Below, piece after piece: positions 61,701-64,000 of a stretch of 64,000 nucleotides of DNA. Source of the DNA: Phoronis australis. Taxonomy: Eukaryota > Animalia > Phoronida. The notes below the pieces were generated by a model. It saw only the letters and a program-made list of their open reading frames with translations, made no database searches and was not told where the DNA came from. Numbering within the stretch: position 1 is the stretch's first letter; each line of letters opens with the position of its first letter. The translations under genes and the position numbers were made by a program. The DNA lies in the NCBI GenBank assembly GCA_002633005.1, contig NMRA01000016.1:1401860-1465859 (forward strand), read 5' to 3'.

Positions 61701-64000
61701 AGGCGTAGGCGGTGCTCCGGTTATAGGCGCACCTTGAATGATTTCAAAAAATACAGTAAATGCATTTTATTTCACGCAGTTGCTGACACTCTTGATGAGC
61801 ACAAAAACAGATAAATTCTCAAAATACTCAGTTTTAAAATTCATTACAAGCTTTATTTTCAAGAACGACTTGCATATAAAATAACACTTGATTCATCTCC
61901 TCTCATCTGAGGACTGGATTCATGCTATTTTCCTGTCAGGATGAACAAGCAATACTAGTTCTTCGGCAGTATGTCATTAATAAATAGAATTTATTTTGCT
62001 CCATAATCCACGTGCAAACTGGGAGTGTTTCTTTAAAAAATTGAAGGTGTGCCTATATGCAGAGCACAATAGTCAATGCAAGTTCTACGCAATTATGCAC
62101 ATTCGCCAAATTGCGGGGACAATACCATAACAGCATAAATTAATGGTATAAGTATTCAAGCTTCAAAATTCTAATTACAGAATGGCTTAGCCGCCTTACT
62201 AACTCTGGGGGGATTTTGGGTCATTCTGTCTGAATACTTTTGGCTTGTACTTTACCAGGTGAACCTTAAAGAACTTGAGAGTTGTTAAGCTGGCTCAGTT
62301 TGTTACTTGGTAATGGTAGGAAATTTTGCAATTTAATTTTTTTTAAAAATTTTTTGTTTGACCAAACACTGAAAGTTGACTTAGACATGAACTTTTTATG
62401 TTTTTATGTGAGAATCGAATACATTTTCATAGTTCTGGTCACCTTTAATTTAATATGTTTCATTTTAATGACCAAATACGCACTTTAATTCATTTCAAAA
62501 TTTAACAACACTACATCCTGTAGGTAAATAATTATTTTTCTTAAAAAGTAAAGTTTTTTTCTGGTAAAGCCACAATGAATATGAACTTGTTTGGAAATGT
62601 TTACACTCTGAACATTATTTGAGTGACAGACAAGTGTTGCCTACTGTAATACGTTTCAGAGTGAAAGAAATGAACATTCTTGAATTAGGTTTCCAACTGT
62701 TTTATAACTTCAGAACGGGAGTGTAAAAACGTAAAATGGAGAACAAACTATGTCATAGTGCATATTTTGCCCCCTAGTGGTGCTGTGGATGGTAAGGTAA
62801 TGTGGAAAAAGTCAGGTGCAGTTTTATTGAAAATAATCTGATGACTGACAATAGACATAGCCTGCTTGTACCTAAGCCTCATTGTTTACAGTTCATTGGT
62901 CTTTTTGGGAAATCCTAGCCACCTTTGAACTTCATAATGCAGATGACACTAAAGCAGTATTACCCTGGGCTTATTTTCAGACATTTTTCTGGCATCTTAC
63001 AATGAACGCAGCCTGTTTGCAAATTGTTTTTCAGTGGTACTAGAAAGACAAAATCACGCCCCATTTTCAGATTGTGTCCCTTGGAGCTAGCTTGCTGTCT
63101 ATCAGCGCTTGCTGGCATCAAGCAGTCAGAATGTACTTATGCCATTGGTTGCCGAGTACAGTAAACAAATAATGGTAATTGTGAATTCATTTGGTGTCAT
63201 TGTGTTATCATGACTTACCGTGTGAGATCAACTTCTTAATAACATTTATTAATTATGCTGACAAGTCGATGAGATTCCTTTGTTGTGAAGGCGGGACTCA
63301 GGTAACATTGACGTCAAACGTTGTAGTTAAGCTCTTTTTATGTTGATTCTCTTTCCTGGTTTTGTAAGTCATCTCGTTAATCACCTTACACAGTCAAAAT
63401 GTGACAAAATTATGCCCAGATAAATGTAGCTGTGAAACCAAATGATAAATACCCACTGTAGTGCTAGCTTGATTGTGGTTTTGTAGGATTTCACAATGCT
63501 CATGGTTGGAGAGTGTCCAGGAACCAAAATGTTGGGTAGGGGTAGAGATAGGTTTTCGCCTTCCGTCCCTCAACCCGATATCTCGAGTGTTAAAAAGAAT
63601 CAATTAATAGTGGACTGTGCGTATTGGCGCTCTCTAGAGTAATGAGACCGCGAAAGGGGCTTCCGCTTGTTCCGGACTCAGATTTGGTGGACAGAAATTC
63701 AATTACTGCCTAGTGGTTCATTAATCTAAACACAATAAATTCCAATGTTAATGCGTGCCATAGTTTGGTTGGGTTAACTTCACTAATTTATTTGAACTTT
63801 TTGACATCGGCTGGGATTGAAATTCTCCCGCTTTATCAGTCGCAGCCAATGATTTCGCATGGCGCGGAGTCTTCTTCACAGTAAGAAATGTATGGAACTT
63901 GATGTCATTCATCTTTAGATATTTCAAGAGGCTTTGCCTTTTTGTATAAGCCACTAGTACACCTTACTGCACATCAGTGAAAATTTTCTGTCATTATGTT

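Overview
Eukaryotic (animal, probably a marine invertebrate) genomic DNA that is AT-rich, intron-rich and full of transposon relics. It has one 879-N gap and several single-N joins flanked by near-identical duplicated sequence, which look like haplotype overlaps. The main content is a head-to-head pair of six-exon genes, reconstructed by hand from splice sites: gene A (minus, 10584-5210, 189 aa) and gene B (plus, 19888/20829-26022, 190 aa). Both encode secreted proteins with a CTHRC1-type C-terminal domain but no collagen triple helix. In its place is a short heptad (coiled-coil-like) stalk encoded by two micro-exons. In gene A the first micro-exon is tandemly triplicated: one copy intact, one with a stop, one lacking its acceptor. 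The pair is flanked by THAP-bearing Kolobok-like transposon relics. The right half holds a probable promoter and first exon near 38.5 kb, followed by a long CpG-poor, intron-like region with many MITEs. One of these is a 1,048-bp TIR element carrying only a decayed HIRAN-domain gene. All calls are by eye; no database searches were run.
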